Origin: Candidatus Heimdallarchaeota archaeon
Lineage (GTDB): Archaea > Asgardarchaeota > Heimdallarchaeia > Heimdallarchaeales > Kariarchaeaceae
Reading direction: 5' to 3'
DNA: 15,246 nt
Assembly (NCBI GenBank): GCA_015523565.1
Contig: WAKA01000090.1
Location: 1-15,246 of the forward strand
This document shows positions 1 to 7,480 of the stretch, one piece after another. Numbering within the stretch: position 1 is the stretch's first letter; each line of letters begins with the position of its first letter. The translations under genes and the position numbers were made by a program. Below the pieces are notes generated by a model that saw only the letters and a program-made list of their open reading frames with translations, was not told the DNA's origin and did not search any database.

Positions 1-2634
1 GGGGAGAGGGGCTTTCATGGGGTTTCGGGATTGTGCCATGTTTTTTTGGAGTTGTTGAAGGGCTTTGTGCCAGATGATTCTTGTGTAAGACCCTTGCTGT
101 ACTGGTTCGAGCCATCTTTTTCTCATTTGATGTACATTTGTCACATGGTCTACATTCTGGAATGGTCTGATTAGGTCTATGAACACGCCGTTGATTTTTA
201 TGAATTGGTCGCCATCCCTGATGTCAAGGTCTACAATAGGTACTTCAGTTATTTTTGTTGGTTGTCTCAACGCATATTGTGTATAGTCATTTGAGAGGAA
301 CTTGATACGATGAACTTTTTCGGCGAAGAGTTCATAATCTTGTTTTTGGATTTCCTTGATGAGTTCGTCCATGTCAAATTCATGGGTCATGTCATAATGG
401 AGTGCTTCGATTTTCATTTTGGACAAGGTCCATCTGGTACGGTCATAGAGCATTCTTGCCTTTGCGGTTTTATGTGACAGGTGCACGAAGTTGTATATCC
501 TAGTCAATTGGATGCCTTTGTCTTCAGTTGTCGGTTTGTCTTGGATGGAGCTTCCGAATACATGTGGGATTCTGCTTGAGAATATAATTTCATTGTAAGC
601 GGAGGGTTTCAGGTATTTCCATTCCATCAATCGTTCAATGGCGATCCTGAAATGCCTTCCGCCACTTCCCATTATTCCCTTTACTGTTTTGAATGATTGG
701 CCTGTTGCCTCAGATACCAAAATCCCGTTTTTCCCGAAAATCCTTTCTTGGAGCGATTGCTTGAGGTAGTTGACCACGGTTTCAGGCATTTCAGTTTCAA
801 AGGTGATTGGGGGATTGGTGAAGTAGTAATCCAAGTTTTGTCTATTGAGAAGCTCAAAGAACTTGTTTAGTCTGTTCAGTTCTTCTTCGAGTCCATTTGT
901 GGGTTGGATGAACCTGTTGATCTGCTTCTGTTTTTCCATCATTGCGATTTTCAGGGTTGCCAATTGGGTGATGAATTGCTTGTCTTGCAGCAGTTCCAAT
1001 ATTTCTTGTTCAGACCAGAGTACGGGGTTTAGGGGCATTTCTCTGTTGACTTCGATTTCAAATCCGAATTTGAGTTTTCCGTCAACAGTCCTTAGCAAAG
1101 GAATACGCTGATCCAAGATCAAGTGACCGGTGATGAAACCTATTTTGACAGGGATTTTCCGTTGTTTTACTTCGACGATTTGGTCAGTGCCATTTTCAAT
1201 GTTGGAGTAGTCGAGCATGTACACCTTTCCAGAGAACAGGAATTCCTCAATTGCGGCTACGTCATTCAGATATACCTGTACATCAAGGAAGGAAGTGATT
1301 TGATCAAGCATAGAACTGTTCCAGAGCTTGGAATCAATAAGGTTCCTTAGTCGTTCTCCTGCGAGATGGTCTTTCAATATCCTGATTTTTTCGGGATCAG
1401 TTGATTTGAGGAAATTGTTTATCAGGTGTCTTTGATGGGTTAGGATTTCCGTATGCGAGGGATTTCCCTTGAGTGGATAATCAGCAAAAAATTTTGCAAA
1501 GTCAAGGAATTCCCTGATGAAATTTTCATCGAAATAGCGTCCATTGCCGATGAGGAAGTTAAATCTTGCGATGAATGACTTGTAATCGTCAGTGACCCTT
1601 GCCATGTTCAATTTTCCCATGTCAAAAAATTCCCTTGTTTTCCTGTCGATGAAGAGTTCATGGATTTTGGAATAGGAACCTGCGATGGAGGTCTTCATTT
1701 CAAAAAGTAAGATCCGTCTCTTTTCAGGCTCATTTTCAATGAAAGTGCGTATTTTCTTTATGGAGCCTGCATTTAGGGAGGGTATTTCATTTTTGAGCAT
1801 TTTCAGAATGCAGTTCAGTCTTTTGGGGCTCAAGTTCATGACAGCAATGAAATCTGTACCCTGTGTGCTGTATTTCGTTGTGGTCAATGCCAGAATGTTC
1901 CAGCTTTTGGCGTAAACATAGACAATTCCGGTGATCTCATCCTCACTTAGGGATGAGGAACTATCCTCCTTTAGGGATGAAGGGCTGTCCAGGGATGTGG
2001 AGCTATTCCTGTTTAGGGATGATGGGATGTTTCCGTTATGATTTAGCCGTTCAAGCAATCTTGATCTTGTGGTTGTGGAATAATGGTCAATTGATGACAG
2101 GCCGATCTCTTCGAAATTTTCGAACATGACATCATTTGTGAACAGGAAGTCAGTTCCCTCCGCAATTCGTCTTGCCACAGTTTCCTTGCCGTAAACGACA
2201 GAGTTGACCAAAGAGAAGAGATAGTCAAGCTTATCGGCATTTTTCCCAATTATTCCCTGTGAAACGGGAAGGTTGTTCAGAAGTGTTGAGACATCCCCTA
2301 CCTTTAGTTTCAACAGGTCAGAACGACTGTCAGGCAATATGGATGCAATGGGCTCAAATATCTCCCTGTAGTAAATCCCCAATACACGTTCATCGGCTGT
2401 TCCAAGAAACCTTTGGATTTTCCTGTTTCTTGAAAAGGCCTTGTAACCTTCTTCAGGGTTGGAACTGACGATCTCTTTCATCTTATAGACCAAACTGAGT
2501 ATCTGCTTGTTCACCATGTCTTCCATTTTCAAGGTGTTTTCTTTCACCAATTCATCTGCCGTTTGCTCATCGAAAATGGTTGAAAGGTAATTCCAGACCT
2601 TTTTTTCGGGGAGTTGGGCAATGGGCTCTTGCAT
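1..2634 (-). CDS. Large hypothetical protein (>=878 aa, truncated at the left edge), with a possible degenerate PD-(D/E)xK-like motif
   Basis: Manual translation gives an uninterrupted frame from ATG 2634 (MQEPIAQLPEKKVWNYLSTIFDEQ...) to position 1 (...QSRNPMKAPLP). There is an in-frame TGA just upstream at 2647-2649. The ORF track omits it because no stop falls inside the window. It contains GTDFIAV...ILLFEMKTS. Confidence 0.9.
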   Translation of the reverse strand, partial: MQEPIAQLPEKKVWNYLSTIFDEQTADELVKENTLKMEDMVNKQILSLVYKMKEIVSSNPEEGYKAFSRNRKIQRFLGTADERVLGIYYREIFEPIASILPDSRSDLLKLKVGDVSTLLNNLPVSQGIIGKNADKLDYLFSLVNSVVYGKETVARRIAEGTDFLFTNDVMFENFEEIGLSSIDHYSTTTRSRLLERLNHNGNIPSSLNRNSSTSLDSPSSLKEDSSSSLSEDEITGIVYVYAKSWNILALTTTKYSTQGTDFIAVMNLSPKRLNCILKMLKNEIPSLNAGSIKKIRTFIENEPEKRRILLFEMKTSIAGSYSKIHELFIDRKTREFFDMGKLNMARVTDDYKSFIARFNFLIGNGRYFDENFIREFLDFAKFFADYPLKGNPSHTEILTHQRHLINNFLKSTDPEKIRILKDHLAGERLRNLIDSKLWNSSMLDQITSFLDVQVYLNDVAAIEEFLFSGKVYMLDYSNIENGTDQIVEVKQRKIPVKIGFITGHLILDQRIPLLRTVDGKLKFGFEIEVNREMPLNPVLWSEQEILELLQDKQFITQLATLKIAMMEKQKQINRFIQPTNGLEEELNRLNKFFELLNRQNLDYYFTNPPITFETEMPETVVNYLKQSLQERIFGKNGILVSEATGQSFKTVKGIMGSGGRHFRIAIERLMEWKYLKPSAYNEIIFSSRIPHVFGSSIQDKPTTEDKGIQLTRIYNFVHLSHKTAKARMLYDRTRWTLSKMKIEALHYDMTHEFDMDELIKEIQKQDYELFAEKVHRIKFLSNDYTQYALRQPTKITEVPIVDLDIRDGDQFIKINGVFIDLIRPFQNVDHVTNVHQMRKRWLEPVQQGSYTRIIWHKALQQLQKNMAQSRNPMKAPLP
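1947..2022. repeat. Degenerate in-frame 18/24-bp repeat encoding a Ser-rich linker
   Basis: TTAGGGATGA at 1947, 1971 and 2013, and CCAGGGATGT at 1989. On the minus strand this encodes SSLNRNSS-TSLDSP-SSLKEDSS-SSLSEDE. Confidence 0.7.
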
Positions 2635-2660
2635 TGGTCTACTTCGTCAATCCCCCATGT

Positions 2661-2673
2661 ATATTTTTAATAT
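2661..2673 (-). promoter_or_regulatory. Putative archaeal TATA box for the large gene
   Basis: Minus-strand ATATTAAAAATAT about 27-39 nt upstream of ATG 2634. Confidence 0.4.
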
Positions 2674-2820
2674 CCTGAAAACGACTAGAGATTTTGCCAG
2701 CTGCAAAAGAGATTCATCGGCATGCATTTCCTTTTGTCGGATATTTTTTGAATGAAATTTCCTTGAAATCATTTATGAAAAATCCAGTATTTCCAGATGT
2801 TTAGCTGTTGTTTAATTATT

Positions 2821-3264
2821 CTATGCCTTTGTCTCATTCAGCAGTTTCTTGGACCATAATCTGTACAAAGGTTCGAGGATTGCACGTATTCTCATTTGGT
2901 TTTCGTCAGTCATTTCAACGTGGGAGATGCGTTCAGGATCAATTTCAATGCCCAACTCGTCAAGATAAGAGAGAAAGAGATTCTTTATCTCTATGTGAAT
3001 GGTTTTCAATATGTTTACTGCAACATCATCATTGTTAATTGCCACATATAAATTATCAAAACCGTCTTTGGAAAACGTGACCTTTATTGACTGGAATGTC
3101 ATTTCCTCAATGTTTTGACCGATTGCGTCTGAAGAATAGCTGTTGATGGCACTCAAAAGCCCTGAAAAAAGCACTGAATTGACATTGATCGTGTCAATAC
3201 CTTTTATCGGATATTCAAATAATGGAATTCCTGAATTTGAGATCACCAAGAACTTGAACGGCAT
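2821..3264 (-). CDS. Longin-like domain protein, copy A (147 aa)
   Basis: Beta-beta-alpha start (FLVISNSGIPLFEY), then LFSGLLSAINSY...GQNIEEM...KVTF...LYVAI and a closing helix. This pattern is typical of Asgard longin/roadblock-type proteins. Confidence 0.8.
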   Translation of the reverse strand: MPFKFLVISNSGIPLFEYPIKGIDTINVNSVLFSGLLSAINSYSSDAIGQNIEEMTFQSIKVTFSKDGFDNLYVAINNDDVAVNILKTIHIEIKNLFLSYLDELGIEIDPERISHVEMTDENQMRIRAILEPLYRLWSKKLLNETKA

Positions 3265-3561
3265 TTACCCCACTCCAAAGAACCTGAAGAACCGCCTTCT
3301 ACTCTGTTTGTTTCTCTTGAATTTTTGCAAAAGCCTCATTGAAAGGTGGTTTCCGACATCAGTCACCCGATGAGGGTAATATTCCTTGTATATGTCCAAT
3401 ATGGCATTGACCAATTGGGGCAGATTCTCCTCATTTAAATTTTCAGGATTTATCCCAATATTTTGACATGCCAATTCAACAGTATAGTATGCAGACATGC
3501 TAATTTTTTCTTCAAGAACTTCGACGACTCTATAGAATACCTGTTTTTTCAGTTCACTCAT
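3265..3561 (-). CDS. Small helical protein, copy A (98 aa), with a basic/aromatic C-terminal tail
   Basis: True start is most likely ATG 3561 (MSELKKQ), preceded by GGAGG and lying 4 nt after the upstream stop. Copy B has the same start. Its stop abuts the longin ATG. It ends RRRFFRFFGVG. Confidence 0.85.
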   Translation of the reverse strand: MSELKKQVFYRVVEVLEEKISMSAYYTVELACQNIGINPENLNEENLPQLVNAILDIYKEYYPHRVTDVGNHLSMRLLQKFKRNKQSRRRFFRFFGVG

Positions 3562-3565
3562 AATT

Positions 3566-4168
3566 TCATTCCTCCACACCTTCCTTGTAGGAGATAACAT
3601 AGATGCATTCCACTTGTTCCAGCAATTCCTTGACTTTCTCTTGATCCAACCCGATGGCTTCAATCTCACTTTCATTCAAGACTGTCTTTCCGTTTCGTTT
3701 GCACCCCAGATGGATGTAATTCAGGACGTATTCCTCGTTGACTGTCAAGGATGAAACTATCATTTGCCTGAGTTGTTGTGCCACATAACAACCAAGATCA
3801 ATGAATGCATTTTTTTCATCCTCCCTGATTTGGAAGTTATGTAGAATGGTCTTGACTTTTTGATCATCCCCTTGTGCCTCACCCATTGTTTTCATGAGAT
3901 TGCCGAACGGGCACTTTTTGACTCCAATGAAATTAGTACCCACATTGTCAAAGTTGGTGACAACTTCCTTGTCGATGTAAAAGAGTGGTGAACTATGATT
4001 CTTGATGTCTTCCATTGCCTCATCCATGCTTTCATAGTCCTTGTGACCCATTCTTCCCACGATCTGTGAACCAATTTTCATGATTTCCTGCATGATTTGG
4101 TTATAGCTTTTACCTTCTTCTAGAAGACTTCTAAAATCCCCTATTTCGAATTCATCAATATTAGACAT
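3566..4168 (-). CDS. Cys4 V4R/MetOD1-like domain protein, copy A (200 aa)
   Basis: C86 in KKCPF, C127 in LGCYV, C156 in HLGCK and C188 in VECIY, resembling V4R-type metal-binding domains. GGAGG precedes the ATG. The CDS is secure; the fold assignment is tentative. Confidence 0.7.
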   Translation of the reverse strand: MSNIDEFEIGDFRSLLEEGKSYNQIMQEIMKIGSQIVGRMGHKDYESMDEAMEDIKNHSSPLFYIDKEVVTNFDNVGTNFIGVKKCPFGNLMKTMGEAQGDDQKVKTILHNFQIREDEKNAFIDLGCYVAQQLRQMIVSSLTVNEEYVLNYIHLGCKRNGKTVLNESEIEAIGLDQEKVKELLEQVECIYVISYKEGVEE

Positions 4169-4205
4169 TTATGTTCCTCCTATCTCAATCATGTGCGGTT
4201 ATTTA

Positions 4206-4223
4206 ATCGTTTGTTAAAACGAT
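4206..4223. promoter_or_regulatory. Inverted repeat, operator-like, in the copy A leader
   Basis: ATCGTTT-GTTA-AAACGAT, a perfect 7-bp inverted repeat between the TATA-like motif and the start codon. Confidence 0.45.
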
Positions 4224-4241
4224 ATATTTTTTTACACTATT

Positions 4242-4257
4242 AGAATATTTAAATTTT
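4242..4257 (-). promoter_or_regulatory. Putative TATA/BRE element, copy A
   Basis: Plus-strand AGAATATTTAAATTTT matches 15/16 with AGAATATTAAAATTTT upstream of copy B, within otherwise unrelated spacers. Confidence 0.55.
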
Positions 4258-4330
4258 TTGGGACGAATTTATTTAACTTTTACCAAATAAAAAATTATAA
4301 CAAATAAAAATAATATTGAATTCAGGGATT

Positions 4331-4774
4331 TTATACCTTTATCTCATTCAGCAGTTTCTTGGACCATAATCTGTACAAAGGTTCGAGGATTGCACGTATT
4401 CTCATTTGGTTTTCGTCAGTTATTTCAACGTGGGAGATGCGTTCAGGATCAATTTCAATGCCCAACTCGTCAAGATAAGAGAGAAAGAGATTCTTTATCT
4501 CTATGTGAATGGTTTTCAGCGTGTTCATGGGAATATCGTCATTGCATATCACAACATACAGATTGTCAAAACCGTCTTTGGAAAACGTGACCTTTATTGA
4601 CTGGAATGTCATTTCCTCAATGTTTTGACCGATTGCGTCTGAAGAATAGCTGTTGATGGCACTCAAAAGCCCTGAAAAAAGCACAGAATTGACATTGATT
4701 GTGTCAATGTTGTCTATGGGATACTCAAATATCGGGATACCAGAATTTGAGATCACCAAGAACTTGAACGGCAT
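4331..4774 (-). CDS. Longin-like domain protein, copy B (147 aa)
   Basis: Paralogue of 2821-3264 with the same motifs. Confidence 0.8.
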   Translation of the reverse strand: MPFKFLVISNSGIPIFEYPIDNIDTINVNSVLFSGLLSAINSYSSDAIGQNIEEMTFQSIKVTFSKDGFDNLYVVICNDDIPMNTLKTIHIEIKNLFLSYLDELGIEIDPERISHVEITDENQMRIRAILEPLYRLWSKKLLNEIKV

Positions 4775-5071
4775 TTAATTCCCTCCGAAGAACCTGAAAA
4801 ACCGTCTCCTCTTCTGTTTTTTTCCGTCGAATTTTTGCAAAAGCCTCATTGAAAGGTGATTTCCGACATCAGCCACCCGATGAGGGTAATACTCTTTGTA
4901 TATGTCCAAAATGGCATTGACCAGTTGGGGAAGATTTTCTTCCTTCAATTCCTCAGGGGTTATTCCAATGTTCTGGCATGCCAATTCCACAGTATAGTAT
5001 GCCGACATGCTGATTTTTTCTTCAAGAGCTTCAATAACCCTATAGAAAACCTGTTTTTTCAGTTCGCTCAT
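4775..5071 (-). CDS. Small helical protein, copy B (98 aa)
   Basis: ATG 5071 (MSELKKQ) after GGAGG. Paralogue of 3265-3561. It ends KRRRFFRFFGGN. Confidence 0.85.
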   Translation of the reverse strand: MSELKKQVFYRVIEALEEKISMSAYYTVELACQNIGITPEELKEENLPQLVNAILDIYKEYYPHRVADVGNHLSMRLLQKFDGKKQKRRRFFRFFGGN

Positions 5072-5075
5072 TATT

Positions 5076-5678
5076 TCATTCCTCCATTCCTTCCTTGTAG
5101 GAAATAGCATAGACACATTCTACTTGTTCCAGCAATTCCTTGACTTTCTCTTGATCCAAACCTATGGCTTCAATCTCACTTTCATTCAAGACTGTCTTTC
5201 CATCCCGTTTGCATCCCAAATGGATGTAATTCAGGACGTATTCCCCGTTGACTGTCAAGGATGAAAGAATCATCTGCCTGAGCTGTTGAGCCACATAACA
5301 GCCAAGATCAATGAATGTGTTTTTTTCACCTTCCCTGATTTGGAAGTTATGTAGAATGGTCTTGACTTTTTGATCATTTCCTTGTGTTTCCCCCATTGTT
5401 TTCATGAGATTGCCGAACGGGCACTTTTTGACTCCAATGAAATTAGTACCCACATTGTCAAAGTTGGTGACAACTTCCTTGTCGATGTAAAAGAGTGGTG
5501 AACTATGATTCTTGATGTCTTCCATTGCCTCATCCATGCTTCCATAGTCTTTGTGACCTACCTTCTCAACAATCTTTGAGCCAACCTTCATGATTTCCTG
5601 CATGATTTGGTTATAGCTTTTACCTTCTTCAAGAAGACTTCTAAAATTCTCTATGCCAAACTCATCGATATTAGCCAC
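5076..5678 (-). CDS. Cys4 V4R/MetOD1-like domain protein, copy B (200 aa)
   Basis: GTG 5678 follows GGAGGAATTTTT and aligns with the copy A start. All four Cys are retained. Confidence 0.7.
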   Translation of the reverse strand: MANIDEFGIENFRSLLEEGKSYNQIMQEIMKVGSKIVEKVGHKDYGSMDEAMEDIKNHSSPLFYIDKEVVTNFDNVGTNFIGVKKCPFGNLMKTMGETQGNDQKVKTILHNFQIREGEKNTFIDLGCYVAQQLRQMILSSLTVNGEYVLNYIHLGCKRDGKTVLNESEIEAIGLDQEKVKELLEQVECVYAISYKEGMEE

Positions 5679-5736
5679 AAAAATTCCTCCAATTGTAACA
5701 TTCACAATGAGTAAGAGTAAATAACAATATCCTTTC

Positions 5737-5752
5737 AGAATATTAAAATTTT
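5737..5752 (-). promoter_or_regulatory. Putative TATA/BRE element, copy B
   Basis: Near-identical to 4242-4257. Confidence 0.55.
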
Positions 5753-5907
5753 GCTGAACAAAAACCAGTTAAATGGCAATTAATGGATTATTTCCGAGAA
5801 TATCACTCAATCAAAAGTTGTTTATATCTTGAATAAAAATTTCATAGTACACGAAACTAACCATTTGAATATTTTAAATGTGGAATACAATCACTTGGAA
5901 GCATAGA

Positions 5908-6300
5908 TCATTCTTCAGACAGACATTGGATAAGTTCCTCCCTCTGTTCTTTGGACAGCTTCCGCAGGAAATCTTTGTCTTGGAACAGCCCCATGATTTG
6001 TGTGGGGGTTAGGGCAACTAGAGACGCAGATGGCAACGACTGAATCGGGATCTGCTCGGCAGTCAGCATCTGAACCTGCTCGGCAGTCAGCATCTGGATC
6101 TGCTCGTGAGACAGCATCTGAACCTGCTCGGCAGTCAGCATCTGGATCTGCTCGTGAGTCAGCATCTGGATCTGCTCGTGAGACAGCATCTGAACCTGCT
6201 CGGCAGTCAGCATCTGGATTTGTCTAGGAGTCAATCCTTTTAACTCCTTTTCAGTCAAAAATTGAACAAAATGGATTTTCTTGGTTTCTTCAAGGGACAC
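5908..6300 (-). CDS. Octapeptide-repeat protein (130 aa), a stand-alone paralogue of the C-terminal domain of the upstream nuclease
   Basis: GTG start with AGGAG overlapping the upstream stop. Seven QML(T/S)(A/H)EQ(V/I) units. GLFQDKDFLRKLSKEQREELI versus GLFRDKDFLRKLSKEQREELI in the upstream protein. Confidence 0.85.
   Translation of the reverse strand: MSLEETKKIHFVQFLTEKELKGLTPRQIQMLTAEQVQMLSHEQIQMLTHEQIQMLTAEQVQMLSHEQIQMLTAEQVQMLTAEQIPIQSLPSASLVALTPTQIMGLFQDKDFLRKLSKEQREELIQCLSEE
6049..6216. repeat. 24-bp tandem repeat, 7 units (coding VNTR)
   Basis: Contiguous units (GAT/AAC)CTGCTCG(GC/TG)AG(T/A)CAGCATCTG starting at 6049, 6073, 6097, 6121, 6145, 6169 and 6193, plus a degenerate unit at 6217-6240. 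Confidence 0.97.
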
Positions 6301-6311
6301 TAAGCATTCTC

Positions 6312-7199
6312 CTACTCATTTTCAATGCTCATTAAATAGCGGATAAGTTCCTCTCTCTGTTCCTTAGACAGTTTCCGCAGGAAATCTTTGTCTCGGAACA
6401 GACCAATGACCTGTTCGGGGCTGAGTGCAGCCAATTGGTCATTGGTCAGGGATTTAATTTGTTCAGGTGTCAGACCGATCAGCTCATCTGGCGTCAGAAG
6501 CTTTACAAACTCTGAACCACCTGCTTTCAACCCCTCCCTTACAAACTCCTCTTCGGAATCATACTTCTCCTTTATTATCTCTCGGATCTCACTGACGACA
6601 TCGGGCATTGTATCCTCTCTGAAATAGATTACCCATGCAGAGATAAATAGTTTTTCCATCGGGTGAAGGCTTTCATCTTCAAACATTCTTCGGAATCTAG
6701 AGGGCACCAGGTTATCTAGGAGCTGTTGCAGGTAATAAAATGCCTTGTGGTCGGACGGCAGGACATCCATGACAAGCTCCGGGAATTCGGGAAGGTACAG
6801 GGCTCGAAAATGCGGGGTTCTGCATATGAAAAGATCCATTTCCCTTGTTTCAGCGGTCACTGCAAAAATGCGGCATCGGCTCATTGCCATGGTCTTCAAA
6901 TCAGATTTGTGTTTTTTGTTGTGCCTCACCGCCAAGCAGGTGTAGATATTGGATTGGTATATGGTATATCCTGTCGGCCAACGCTCCAGTTCTATGGGGA
7001 TGACCAATCCGTCTTTCTTGAACATGGCGTCGGGTTCCTGCTTTGATATCGGGTCTATGAGCGACGCCTCCGTCCGTCCGACGACCTGCCAGCCCTCAAG
7101 TCCGAATGCCTTGTTGAAAGCTGGGGAAAACTCTTTTCTTAGTTCAAAAACAAACTGGAATGATGATTCAGAAGTGAAGTCCTTTACGACAGTCAACAA
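6312..7199 (-). CDS. PD-(D/E)xK-fold nuclease, Rpn/YhgA-like architecture, with a C-terminal LTPEQ-repeat domain (295 aa)
   Basis: E44, P56-D57 (EPDAMF), E70-x-E72 (IPIELER) and Q82xxxY86. The C-terminus reads LTPDELIGLTPEQIKSLTNDQLAALSPEQ. TTG start at 7199 or 7196. Confidence 0.7.
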   Translation of the reverse strand: MLTVVKDFTSESSFQFVFELRKEFSPAFNKAFGLEGWQVVGRTEASLIDPISKQEPDAMFKKDGLVIPIELERWPTGYTIYQSNIYTCLAVRHNKKHKSDLKTMAMSRCRIFAVTAETREMDLFICRTPHFRALYLPEFPELVMDVLPSDHKAFYYLQQLLDNLVPSRFRRMFEDESLHPMEKLFISAWVIYFREDTMPDVVSEIREIIKEKYDSEEEFVREGLKAGGSEFVKLLTPDELIGLTPEQIKSLTNDQLAALSPEQVIGLFRDKDFLRKLSKEQREELIRYLMSIENE

Positions 7200-7480
7200 T
7201 ATTTCTTATAATGTTATCCATAAAAAACATGGTTGTTCATTTCGGTGTGCGGCAATTTCCATAACACATCCAAGGATGGATACTGGACCATCACATTTTG
7301 TCGAGGGATGAATATGCGGAATGAAAATAATCTTTTTTTTGGAGTTTTGAACCACATTTTCATTTGGAAAGTCAATTTGCAAAGAGACAAAACATATTTT
7401 TCCGTAACATTTCATGAAAATTACGGATTTGTTCACTTGTAAACCAAATTATTTTTGAACGCTGTTCAATATGATCGGTA

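Larger units (their letters stand above)
2821..5678 (-). repeat. Tandem duplication of a three-gene operon (2821-4168 and 4331-5678, offset 1510 bp)
   Basis: Colinear, with identical gene lengths of 147, 98 and 200 aa. The longins differ at 12 of 147 residues. The upstream spacers are largely unrelated. Confidence 0.97.

Noticed and set aside
1947-2022. Telomere-like TTAGGG motifs
   Set aside because: They are not tandem hexamers and are explained by Ser-Leu codons of a coding linker repeat.
845-2468. Short ORFs (845-1111, 1123-1350, 1685-1915, 2043-2249, 2259-2468)
   Set aside because: They are antisense or off-frame shadows of the long minus-strand gene at 1-2634.
3562-3675. N-terminal extensions in the ORF track (starts at 3675, 5116 and 5705)
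   Set aside because: They overlap the upstream gene or its RBS and are not shared between copies. Starts at 3561, 5071 and 5678 have GGAGG sites and equalise paralogue lengths.
2821-5678. Diversity-generating retroelement (TR/VR pair)
   Set aside because: Mismatches are not confined to one base, both copies are whole intact operons, and there is no reverse transcriptase in the window.
6049-6216. CRISPR array
   Set aside because: The units are contiguous with no unique spacers, they are in frame inside a CDS, and no cas genes are present.
6000-6227. Plus-strand SASEPARQ repeat ORF
   Set aside because: It is the antisense reading of the 24-bp VNTR. The minus-strand frame has an RBS and homology to its neighbour.
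6312-7199. IS element or transposase
   Set aside because: YhgA-like proteins are often mislabelled as transposases. I found no terminal inverted repeats, target-site duplication or DDE/HUH motifs.
7206-7442. Small ORFs in the divergent intergenic region
   Set aside because: AT-rich promoter-like DNA with overlapping opposite-strand ORFs, no RBS and no recognisable motifs.
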